Source: Sphagnum compactum
Lineage: Eukaryota
NCBI GenBank assembly: GCA_965153455.1
Contig: OZ234494.1
Span: 12,834,001 to 12,898,000, forward strand
Reading direction: 5' to 3'
DNA length: 64,000 nucleotides
Shown: positions 14,692 through 25,990 of the stretch, one piece after another
Layout: each line of letters starts with the position of its first letter
How positions within the stretch are numbered: position 1 is the first letter of the stretch
The notes under the pieces: model-generated
Databases searched by the model: none
Told to the model about the DNA's origin: nothing
Seen by the model: only the letters and a program-made list of their open reading frames with translations
Translations under genes and position numbers: made by a program

Positions 14692-15379
14692 AATTAAAAT
14701 AGAAATTACAAATAAATGTATTTCTTTTTAACAATAAGGAAAAGACATCAAACGCGTTCACACAACACTGTAAGCGCCAAGCGGTGGAGACGTGATCCGT
14801 CCCTGTGAAAGACTCGGTGCCGCTGTTGTGCACGCGCGAGCGAGCGAACGAGGAGAGTGTCGAAGGACGTGATTTCAATCGCGGCTGTGAAATCCCTTCT
14901 TTTTCGTCGCTTCCAAACTGGGTTCGGAACTCAGGAGCTCATACCTCTTGCCACACTCCTCAGAACACGTCTACGTTGTTTTCTCGATTTCTCAAATGTT
15001 GTATGTTTCTGTTTGTTTCTGTCCTTAGGGTTTTGTGAGGTTGTTTCGTTTCTGTCACTCACTCGAATTTAGTAATCGAAACTCGATCCGGAGGCTGCCG
15101 TGTCGCTGTAGAAGCCTTTTTAGAATACCGGAGTGGTTGCCGGTTGGAGATTTTTGCCGTTCTATGAAAGGACAGATGAAGAAGGCAAGGTGATATATAA
15201 TATCTTTGGAGTTTTGTGTTAGGGTTTCAGTGAGACTTGGAGTTTTTCTTCACTTTCCTGTTGTAAGATTCTAGCTGTGTCCGGGTAAGAGGAGGTGTGG
15301 ATTCTGTACCACGTTTGTCGAAAAAGACGGCTGTAGAACATTGTTACAAAGCGCAGAAAGTGCTCATATATCATTGGAG

Positions 15380-17885
15380 ATGGCACAACTCGTGGAGGAT
15401 TGGTACAAGCAGATGCCGATTATCACTCGCTCTTACCTCACTTTATCAGTTCTCACCACCGTCGGCTGCGCTCTCGAGGTATGTCTATCGGTTTCTACGC
15501 TTCTCCTATCCTCTTGTGTGATGGAGAAGTAGTTTGGAGCGTATTGATGCAATGGTCGTCAAACCCTAAATCTGAAAGATACGACATGTGCATACGGAAC
15601 ACTTAGGCTGTGCAATGTTCAGTCGATATCTCAAGTGAAAGTGGAAAGATGCGAAAGACAAAGTAAGCTCAAGCGGAAATCAGTCAGTTGTGTTCAAATG
15701 AGGACATCTGTTTGATTGTCTCAAGAAATTGATGGTGAACAGTTTTGTACTTGTCAACATCTTATTTGAAGTGAAACAATTCTGTCTTAAAGTTGCACTA
15801 ATGTGCCTAGATTATGACACATCTGGGAGAGTGCCTGGTCCTCTGATATGGATCAACTGCAAATGAAAAGCTGATGTCTGAAGCCCTGTTTTCTTGTATG
15901 TTTTAGGTTGGTATTACTTGTGTTTGATTTCCATCTCAGGAATGCAAGCAGGATTGATTTTTCAACTTGTTGGTTTCTGGAAGGAAATAGGTTCAGTTTT
16001 TACAGTTTTGAAAGTTCTTGTCTGGGAGTGCACAGGTGCTCTAGACTCCTCCTCCTATATTCCGTTTTTAATTTGGAGATATTTTTAGTTCAAGTGTGGG
16101 ATTGTCATGTATAGAAGGGTAATTGATTAGGGGGTGTAACACTGTGCAGGTGATTTCTCCCCTTCATGTCTATTTAAATTCAACACTTGTGGTGGAGCAT
16201 TATGAAGTATGGCGACTAGTCTCCAACTTCTTCTATTTTGGCAAACTTGGTAAGCCTCCTTTGCCATTGTGTTGCAGACATGTAGAGCATTAGCTGTTGA
16301 AAACACTGGTACCGGTGTTCATTTCATGGCATCAGAGACATGTTGGATGTTATGTTTGCTTGACTTGTGTTCAAGTCTCTTATCACCTTGTCAGTGGTCA
16401 TTTCAGAGGGGTTATTCAAGTTTGACTCAAATTGTAAGTATGGTGAGTTCTCAATGCTTAGCTAGATGTATGAGTTGCTTTCAAATAAATTTTGCTAATG
16501 CATCTTGTGTTGGGTTTGTGTGCATGTATGTCTCAGATCTCGACTTTTTGTTCCATATGTTTTTCCTTGCAAGGTACTGCAAGCTATTGGAAGAGACCTC
16601 ATTTCGAGGGCGCACAGCAGATTTCTTCTTCATGTTGCTCTTTGGCGGAAGCTTGTTGACAACCCTTGTTGTTGCGGGTGGTCAGCTTAAATTCGCAGCA
16701 CCATTTGCTGACATCATTTTCCTCAGCAACTCTCTGACATTTATGATGGTGTGCAATCTTAATTTTCCTTGTTTGTTCCTGCAATTTTAAGTGTCAGTGA
16801 TTCCAGAAAGACTTTTTTATCTTTTAGTGCAGGATCTCAGGTATTGCAACAGCATCCTTATCAGAATCTGAAGTTAATTGTGAATGGCTTGATTGGATAG
16901 CACTATACTGAGACTGAGGAGTTTGTTCATATCAGCAGACAAAGGTTTTGGCACTGTGTGAAACTTGGAAAACTTGAACAGCACCATCTTCCAGAGGACA
17001 TGCTGGAGGAAAGCCTGTGATTGTTGGAAACTGTTCTGAAGGTAATACTGTTGGGTTTGTATTTCACTTAACAGGTATATGTGTGGAGCAAGCGTAATCC
17101 TCATGTGCAGATGAGTTTTTTGGGCCTTTTCAGCTTTACTGCTCCTTACCTTCCTTGGGTAAGTGTCTCTTCCATATCTATTTTCTTTAACCTTCAGTTC
17201 TTGTTTTGTGAATTGGGAACTATGTTTTAAGCACTCACAAGCATGCAATTGCTACAATATATGTGCATAGGTTAGTTTTTCTTCAATAGTACTGTAGATG
17301 TCATACGGGTTGGGCACTTCTGATCTCCTTGGTGGGCCACAGGGTATATATTGGGGGCCACTGGTTTGTCTTTCTCATAGCTTGAATCTTAATTTCTCTT
17401 GGTCATTTTCTTTCAATCAAGCTCACAACTGAAATATTTGTTGATTTGCATTACTTGCAACTGCAGGTGCTTTTGGGCTTCTCAGTGATGGTGGGAAGCA
17501 GCCCATGGGTCGATCTTCTTGTAAGTTGGACATTCTATACTCTATCATGGGTTCATCAAGGTCATTCATACTGCTAGCATGAATGTTTTCATTTTGGTGG
17601 AACTGTCTGTGCCTCCCCACTATAGTATTGGAAGATTGAAGAATTGATGAGACTGGGAATACTGATCATCATTTTGTGTGGGGGATTCAATGGCAGGGTA
17701 TGGCAGCAGGTCATGCATACTATTTCCTGGAGGATGTTTACCCACTGATGACAGGGCGGCGCATCTTGAGGACCCCAGGTATAATCAAGGCACTTTTTCC
17801 AACAGAAACGGTGGTGGTGTCAAGGCCGCCCCCAACTTTATGGGGAGCAGCAGCTCCTCCAGCTGCTGTGCCCCATAGAGATTGA
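15380..17885 (+). CDS. DER2: Derlin-2 (DER1-family ERAD membrane protein); exons 15380-15478, 16150-16249, 16537-16748, 17075-17158, 17467-17520, 17697-17885
   Basis: The spliced translation reads [21 protein letters not shown]...[13 protein letters not shown]...[28 protein letters not shown]...VYVWSKRNP...[14 protein letters not shown]...[16 protein letters not shown], which are Derlin signature motifs. All introns are GT-AG and in frame. Confidence 0.95.
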
Positions 17886-19551
17886 GAGCTACACATTTTC
17901 TTCATTCAAGAGCACCTATCTGGGTTGCAGATCATTGGAGGTGATCTTGATGAGTTTCACTGCTTTAGCAAGCCATTCTTAGAGTATTGTATGTTTTGTG
18001 AAGCGACTTTACAGAAACCTCTCAGTATTCTCTTGTCTGCTTCCTTAAGTAAGAGTTTTCATCAGGATGAAAAGCATTCCTGTTTGTGCTGTGGAGCTAT
18101 GGCCAGATGGAAATAGCCTTGTATGACAAGCTCTCACTGATCCTTTCAGTGAAGGTGTTATTGTGTTGATATCAGATTCTGCAATTGTGTTCAGTATTGC
18201 TGATTGCTTTTCAATCAAGATGTCATAGCCAGCCTGAAGTGTGTTGTGGTAGGTACACTAGGACTGTGGGCTGTGGGACTGAACACCCTACAATCATGTG
18301 TCACACATGTTTGGCAAAGTTTGCCAGTATCTGACTATTATGTGAAATTATGCCTAGGTTTATAGTAAAGATGTTATAACAGTACCCAGAAAGAAAGCTT
18401 TATGTTTTGCAGTTATCTAGACTGAGAGGACATCATATGGTTTCTGGACAGATGCCAGAGAGGCCTCTTTCCAGCAGTTATGCAAATTGTGGATTGACAT
18501 TGGACTGACAATAGATGCAAATCTGATATTTGGTGCAAAGAGGAGATGGGAATAATTGAGAGGATGCCCACCTGAAGTAGCTGTCCCTCACATGACTAGC
18601 TAATTGGTTTTTGGATTCATCAGGTTCCAACTTCTATGAGAAGCATTGTCACTCAAATAAGCAAAGGTCACATTGCTTATTTCACCGATGAATGGTGCTC
18701 CTACCTACCTAATGGAACATGCACGTCCATTGTATGCACACATATTACTCGAGATTCTAGTTCAACTCACGCATTGGTTCAAGTTCAAGCCAAAATTTTA
18801 TGTCCAAAATCCTAAACCCATGTGTAGTCTCTTCCCCTATGGACAGACCCAATACACTAAAACATCAAAGAACAAGACCTGTGTGTGAACAACTAGTTAC
18901 CAAACACTCTTGGGGTGACTAAACTAACCTTGATCGAACATATTTCTAATCTATGATCAATTCTAAAGTGCAAAGTCATAGTCAGACAGGTTTGCGGATT
19001 CTAAGACACCTGCTGATTCTAACACGTGAGATTCTGCAGTTCCACATTACTTTGAATTATTTTTGTAGGAGAATAGACACACCTACCCTACGGCGAGACG
19101 GTAGTTAGAAATTAGGGCTATTTTACGCCACTGGATTATTATGGCGTGTAACGTGCTGCTCGTGAGACGTAGCCCAGGCCTCTCCTCGCCTTGTTGGCTT
19201 CGTCGTCGTTTGCTGCTTCCGCGTGGACTTGGGGTGGACAGAGTTGGAGTGCGCGGAACTCCATCGTCGCTTTGCGTGCAGCGAATCGCCACCAATCGCT
19301 CGAGTGCATACGAGAAAGTATTAACAAGCTCTTGTTGCGAGAAGAATTGGAAATTTTTTGTTCGTTGACAGACAATTTGTCTTTCGTTTTTTTTTTTCTT
19401 GTGAGAGAGAATTTGAGGATCGCGTGTTTTGATTGTCTGTCTGTTTTTTCTTTTTGGTCTCTCCCTTTGTTTGTTGTTTCCGCTTCAATTGTAGGGAGTA
19501 GAGCGGAGTAGAGAGGAGGAGGAGGAGGAGGAGGAGGAGGTTGGGACACAG

Positions 19552-22500
19552 ATGGCGGTAGTGGCGGGATCCGTGTTTCTGAGTCCTTTTACATCTGCGG
19601 CAACGGGCGAGAGCCGTGGTGATGTTCATCTCCCGCGTGCTACGGTCCGAGCGTTGGTTTCTTTTAGTCGATTTGGTACTGGAGGATGGAGCAGCGCCGA
19701 CGTTTTGAGCATCGAACAATCGGCTTCGTTTGTGTGTGGATTAGGGCGGACGAAATTGAGCTCCAAGAGGTCGGCGAGGCTGAGTAGCAAACGATTTGGG
19801 AAGGCTCATGGGGAAGGGAAGCAAATCGGTCCGGTTTCTGCAACTATTGCTCCGCCCAGGCCGTCGTTGAATCCCGAGAAAGGCGCCGAAGAGGAGAACT
19901 ACGACGGAGAGAGCAGCGGCACGCGTGACGTAGTTCAAGACGAGAACATACAAGAGAGGTCGGAGAAGAGAGAAGAAGAAGCAGCTTTTGTGTGGAGAGA
20001 GAATTGGTATCCTGTGTCTTTGATCGAGGATTTGGACCCCAGTGTCCCGACGCCTTTCCAGCTTCTTGGTCGAGAGTTAGTGGTTTGGAAGGATCAGCAA
20101 GGCGAATGGCGTGTGTTTGTGGACAAGTGCCCCCATCGTCTTGCTCCTCTCTCTGTATGTATTTCTCCATCTCTTTCATTCCCTGTCTCCGGGCATCTTC
20201 CCAACGTATAATTTTCAGGATTATCTTCTTTTTGAGAATGCTGAGGAGTTATATTCTTTTCTTGATCTTATTTTTCATGCTGTTTCTTTGAGCAGGAAGG
20301 GAGATTAGATGAATCAGGAATGCTGCAATGCTCATATCATGGCTGGTCTTTTAAAGGTGATGGAAGCTGTGGTGCCATCCCACAAGCTGCATCCGAAGGT
20401 CCTGAGGCTAAGGCCCGATTCTCTCCTCGGGCTTGTGCTATCACATACCCAACCCTAGTCTCTCAAGGCTTGCTCTTTGTCTGGCCTGATGAGAAAGGCT
20501 TGGAAAAAGCTTCTGTCACACCTCCTCCTATGTAAGTACTCTGTGTTGCCTAGTGTGTGATTTCTATGTCTCAGAAGCATAAAGTCTCTAGGCTAGAACT
20601 TGTGACCACATTGCAAATAGTTGTAGGTTCAGTTCACTTCAAGGTCATGGTGGATATTGCCCATAATAGCCAAGCAAGCACACATTGAGTCACTGGGTAC
20701 ACTGGTAATTCAGAGTGGTGGGAAGCTGTAAGGGCTTCTGACTCACTGGGAGAAAAATGGCAACCGAATCTCCCTAGTATTGCAATTATAGAGTGTCCAA
20801 TTTGGAAAATGAGGTAGCAACCCTAGGAATGACACGACACTCAGTCATGTTTGGTTTGTAGTGCACTTTGTGTCATCATTATTTTGTGTTGGTCTGGATT
20901 AGTCTGCCGCCATATATTGGGTTTTTGGAAATGTGTAACCTGCAGTTACCATTAATGAACCAGCAATGGAGATTACATTTTAGAGCATGCACTTGCTAGG
21001 AGCAGTCAGGCAGATTTGTATGTTTCCTGATGAGGCTCATCAAACCAAAGGTCTTGTGACAACAAACCATCCTCATGAAGCAGATGTTGTGGTGGATGAT
21101 TATATGGGTAGAAAACAGGCCAAAGCCAACCAGTGATGTGGATTGGAACTTATGAATGACTGAGCTCAGGTTATGTTGCTTCTTGCAGGTTGCCACCAGA
21201 GTTTGATGATCCCAATTACTCATCTGTAACTATTCAGCGTGACCTATATTATGGCTATGACACACTTATGGAAAATGTGTCAGACCCATCTCATATTGAC
21301 TTTGCCCACCATAAGGTGACAGGGAGGAGAGATAGGGCAAAGCCCTTACCTTTCAAGGTGGAGAAAAGCGGACCCTGGGGTTTTAAGGGTGCTAATAATG
21401 ACACTCCGAAAATTACTGCAGGGTTTTACCCACCTTGCTATTATTACAACAAGTATGACAATATTCTTTGCTCACTTGACTTCATAGCTATGTAACATGT
21501 ATCTTGCAGGTGTCATTCTTTAGATGCAAACTATGTGCATAATATGGCTGTTCCTAGCTCTGAACTCTCAGAATCCAATATGGGTTTGGTGCACTCTTTA
21601 AGGCTGAAGTAGACACAAGATCAGGTGTGGAGTTGTTTGATTTGTTGATTCATATTTCTGGATGGAATTTCTAAGGCGTTGTCCTGTGTGATTGCAGAAT
21701 AGAGCTTCCAGTGAAACTACCATTTATTGGGGAGAAAAATTGGGAGATATTGATATGTTCTTTTAACATTCCTATGGCCCCTGGCAAAACACGATCCATT
21801 GTTTGCAGTGCCCGTAATTTCTTCCGCTTCACCATGCCAGGGCCTGCCTGGTGGCAGGTATGTTTTCTCTGCCTCTTCATTTGTCTCAATTTGTTCCCTG
21901 GCATTACAAGCCCTTTGAGCATATTGTTGTAGATTTAAAATATTGGACTATGATCACATTCTGTAAATAATGCTGATATATATGAAAGCAGGTGCCAGCG
22001 TTTTACAAACCAGTTCTTGATGGGTCTAGATGAAAATGGAATGCTTTCTTGTTGATGCAGTTGGTGCCCCGCTGGCATGAGCATTGGACATCCAACAAGG
22101 TATATGATGGTGATATGATAGTGTTGCAAGGGCAAGAGAAGGGGTTTCTAGCACAGGGTGGTGATGTGAATGCACAGTATAGCAAATTCACTTTTACACC
22201 TACCCAGGCTGATCGATTTGTTCTGGCCTTCCGTAACTGGCTACGCAAACATGGCAAAAGCCAGCCTGATTGGTTCCCTGAAGCCAATCTTAGCCAACCT
22301 CTTCCTTCTACAGTGCTATCAAAATATGAGGTAGGTTTGCAATTATTCTGTGCACTTGGGTGTTGCTCTTATAGTCTGGTTCTTGTTGTGCATATATGTG
22401 AGAATGATGCAACATGTCATTGAGTGCTGCGATACACTATCTTGTGACGTGTTGACTGTAACTGTTATATTGATGGTTTTGGGGGTCATGTGATGCAGAT

Positions 22501-22753
22501 GCTGAATCGGTATGAGCAACACACATTGAAGTGTGCATCATGTAGGACAGCTCTTGAGGGTTTCCGAACATGGCAAAAGGTTTTTTGGGGAAGCACAATA
22601 ATTTTGGCAGCAGGTGCAGGTGTCCCCCCAGATCTGGCACTCCGTGCTCTCCTGGCTGTTGGATCGATCTCAAGTGCTGCATTAGCATATATTCTAAAAG
22701 AGAAGGAGAAAAACTTCGTATTCACAGATTACAATCACTCCAAAATTGACTGA
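19552..22753 (+). CDS. PAO: Pheophorbide a oxygenase, chloroplast Rieske monooxygenase; exons 19552-20154, 20296-20531, 21189-21452, 21698-21857, 22061-22330, 22499-22753
   Basis: Ser/Arg-rich transit-peptide-like N-terminus. Rieske ligands DKCPHR...CSYHGW, mononuclear-iron motif ENVSDPSHIDFAHH, PAO-typical QRDLYYGYDTLMENVSDPSHIDFAHHKVTGRRDRAKPLPF, C-terminal CxxC (HTLKCASC) and two hydrophobic helices. Introns are GT-AG and in frame. Confidence 0.95.
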
Positions 22754-24265
22754 TTTATGACTGAAACCTGCAATTTGGCTAGAAACTTGTGTGTATATAT
22801 ATGTAGTAGTTTGTAAGAGACTGGATGATTGTTCATACCTACGAATAGAGCTTCCTCTTGCATTTTGCTGAAAGTTGTCAGTGAGTGGTTGTAGTTGTGC
22901 TAATTGCCAATGTTTGTGCAGAAATTTTGTGATACAAAATGTAGTGCTTGAGAATCTGGTTTTCAACTTGTTTTCAACAATCATGGAAACCATGATTGTG
23001 TAAAATGTACAATTTGGGTTTGTCTTTGAGATCATCTTGAGCTCTGTGATTGTGTAAAAATGCAATTTTTAGTTTGTCTCAGAGATCTCAAGCTTTTTGT
23101 GTCTTCTGAGAGTTTCCACATCACTCCTTGTCAGACTTGTATTGTAATGATGTCTTTAGGGTTTAGGGTTGAAAAAAACACAATGTTTGTCTTGCAATCT
23201 GCAGGTAGTGGCTTCTGAAGTACTAGTGCAAGTTTCTCCACAATGCTCCTTGTCCAATTTGCAATTGCTGAGAAGGGGTGATTCCAAGTACACGCTCCTT
23301 TTTGTTGAATATCTTCTAAGTTGAAGTGGGGTCACATAACATTCCCCGATCCCTAAAACCCTAAACCCTAAAGCAAGAATATCCTTGTTGTCCCAGTTTC
23401 TTGTTGCCTCCTTTGATGGAAGCTGTGAACTACAATGGATGGCGAGCTTGGGCAAAGATATGGAGTTCTCACTCACTCAATGGCTGCTAAAAGTCTTCAC
23501 CAAGCAACAACAGAAATGTACACAGATGATACTAAACTCAAGCTTTTTATTTCCAAAGAATAAAATTTTGAGTGGACGAAAAGAAGATGCAGTAGTGATA
23601 CTCAGATACCAACCAACAAACATCCCGTTGTTGCTGAAGTTTTGTTGAAAGAAGACTTTGCCATCTGTGCATAACTGCTGCAAGAATAAATGATGCCTGA
23701 ACACATGCTCTTTCTTGTGGTTTTATTAGAATCTGAAGCTGCCAATCCCTTTGTTGCTACTTTTATTCAAATTCCGGACGACAAGGGTCCCACAGTTTGT
23801 TGATGTCAAGAAGCTCCCCTTTTTGTTTTTCTGGAAGAAAAACCGTATGAAAGATCCAACAATGAATGTCAAGAAATGAAGAAGAAAAAAGGAAAAACCA
23901 ATCCAGTGTTGCCAAAGACTAGAAACTGATATGATTATGTGCATTGTTTCGAAAAGTGTGTGCGGCAGGTTGTTGGACTGGTCCACATTGTGAATAACAG
24001 ATTTCGTTGTTGCAGTGAGAAGTGAAGAAAATAGAAGAGTCTCAAAAGAAGAAGTCCTTGTTCTGAAGAAGAAGTCTTGTTTTGAAATCTGATTTCTGTC
24101 TGCAGATTTCTATCTTCTGCAGACGAGGACGAGAAAATCTTCTTTCTAAGAGTTCTTGAACATAGAAAACTTCTGCAGATGAGGACGAGAAAGTTGAAAT
24201 AGACCTGTTATGAGTACCTGTTAAGTGCAGTGTTTTGTGTTGTGTGTGATCTTCGAAATCCTCGA

Positions 24266-24685
24266 TCAGACTCCTCGTGCACAAAGCGTGATCGCCGAGC
24301 AGCCTCGGTAGTAAGGAACGACGGGTCCCGTTGCCAGATCGCAGTTAGGCGTGTAGTATGACCTGCCTGTACCTGCAGGACACGGGATCTGATCTGCAAG
24401 GAGCGATTGCCAGCTGATGAGGTTGCCGAACGAGGACGGATCCGGCAGAAACTGATTCAGTTTCCGCCTGGTCGGATTCGCCTCCTCATGATCCGTCGTC
24501 GACAATCCAGCTCCGTTGCTTTGCAGGCCTTTCCAGGATAGGGAGGAGGTCGACCATTTCTGATGCTTAGTAGGAGTGTATCCGAAAGCTTCTTCAGCCA
24601 TGACCGCTGTCTGCTCCACGACAAAACACATGAAAACAAGCGCGCAAATGGCTACTGCAACAATAATCCTCGAATTTCTCTCCAT
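24266..24685 (-). CDS. RALF: RALF-like (rapid alkalinization factor) secreted peptide precursor, 139 aa, intronless
   Basis: Signal-peptide-like hydrophobic N-terminus, RRKL (RRxL) processing site, four Cys in RALF spacing (IPC...GRSYYTPNC...PYYRGCSAITLCAR). Confidence 0.92.
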   Translation of the reverse strand: MERNSRIIVAVAICALVFMCFVVEQTAVMAEEAFGYTPTKHQKWSTSSLSWKGLQSNGAGLSTTDHEEANPTRRKLNQFLPDPSSFGNLISWQSLLADQIPCPAGTGRSYYTPNCDLATGPVVPYYRGCSAITLCARGV

Positions 24686-25465
24686 CTTTGCAGAGGCGTC
24701 TCCAGAAAGCCAAGCTAGCTAGTGGTATGACAGTCTCTTCTGCGATCCCGTCCTTGCAGGAGTGTCTCTGATGACCCTTGCGCTTTGCAACTTCATGCGT
24801 TTGCAATTTGCTGCTGCAGAAGAAACAGGTCGATGAGGTTTTTGTGAAGCTCTTCTTCTTCTTGGCAACACTAGAGAGCGCCAAGCTGCTACCTCAACAG
24901 ACCGCTGAGCCGACGACAATGTCGCGCGCGCGCGCGCGGTACTCTTAACGGATGCATATGAAACTAAAATTAGGCGCTGGTTACGAGCATCTGTCGTGCT
25001 GAATTTTGTTCCCATCTCTACTTCTCTTCTGTGTCTTTTCAGTGAGCTTGTGGAATTCTTTTCTACTAGAGCGTTTCTGGTGTCGGACGATCGAAGCAAT
25101 CGCTAGAGACAGAAGAAGAAACACATCATCATCATCGTCATCATCATCATCATCATCATCGTCCTCAAAGGGAAAGAGAGCCATCATGTTGTGGAGAGCA
25201 GCGGTACGCCGGGTGGCTGGTGTAGCAGTCGGCAGTTCGATTTTCGCTTCCAGTGCGAAGAAGGTACTTGGCTTCTCTCTCTTCCTCACTTCTCGTCTTC
25301 TTTTCTTTGTGTCGATTGTCTTACTAGAGTTTGGATATGTGCGGATCCTTTCGGGAGAGTTTTTCGTGGAGTTGTCTGGAGTTCACTGTGGAATTCGCAG
25401 GAGATCAATGCGTTTCGTGTCGATACAGCTTCATTCCTCCTCAGGTTTATTTTGCCTCTTATAGC

Positions 25466-25990
25466 TTGAGAAATTTACAAGAAACTGTGCAATACGTTCC
25501 GCATCCTGTCTGGCTCTTGAGGAAGTCACACGAAACTGTGCAGTACGTTCTGCATCCTGTTTGGCTCTTGAGGAACTCAAGAAGAAACTGTGCAATGCGT
25601 TCTGTATCTATTCGGGTGTTGAGGAATTCACAAGAATCTGTGCAATGCGTTCTGCATTGTGTTTGGCTCTTGAGGAATTCACAAGAAACTGTCCAATGCG
25701 TTCTGTATCCTGTTCGGCTCTTGAGGAATTCAAAAGAATCTGTTCATAATTCCTTCTATATGTGATTTGGAGCTTGAACAAGAATCTGTGAAATTCGTTC
25801 TGTATCATATTCGGCTCTTGAGGAATTGACAAGAATCCGTGCAATTCGTTCTGTATCATGTTCGGCTCTTGAGGAGTTCACAAGGATATGTGCATTCCTT
25901 CTGTGTCCTGTTCTGCTGTTGAGGAACTCACAAGAATGATCTGTGCTTTCCTTCTATATCCGATTTGGATCTTGAGCAATTCACAGCAGC
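25466..25990 (+). repeat. Minisatellite, ~10 copies of a 51-bp unit (TTGAGGAATTCACAAGAAACTGTGCAATGCGTTCTGTATCCTGTTTGGCTC)
   Basis: Units start at 25466, 25517, 25568, 25619, 25670, 25721, then ~25767, 25818, 25869, 25919 and 25972. Copies decay toward the 3' end. Confidence 0.9.

Noticed and set aside
25466..25990. Regularly spaced repeats resembling a CRISPR array
   Set aside because: The whole 51-bp unit is repeated with no unique spacers, there are no cas genes, and the context is eukaryotic. It is a minisatellite.
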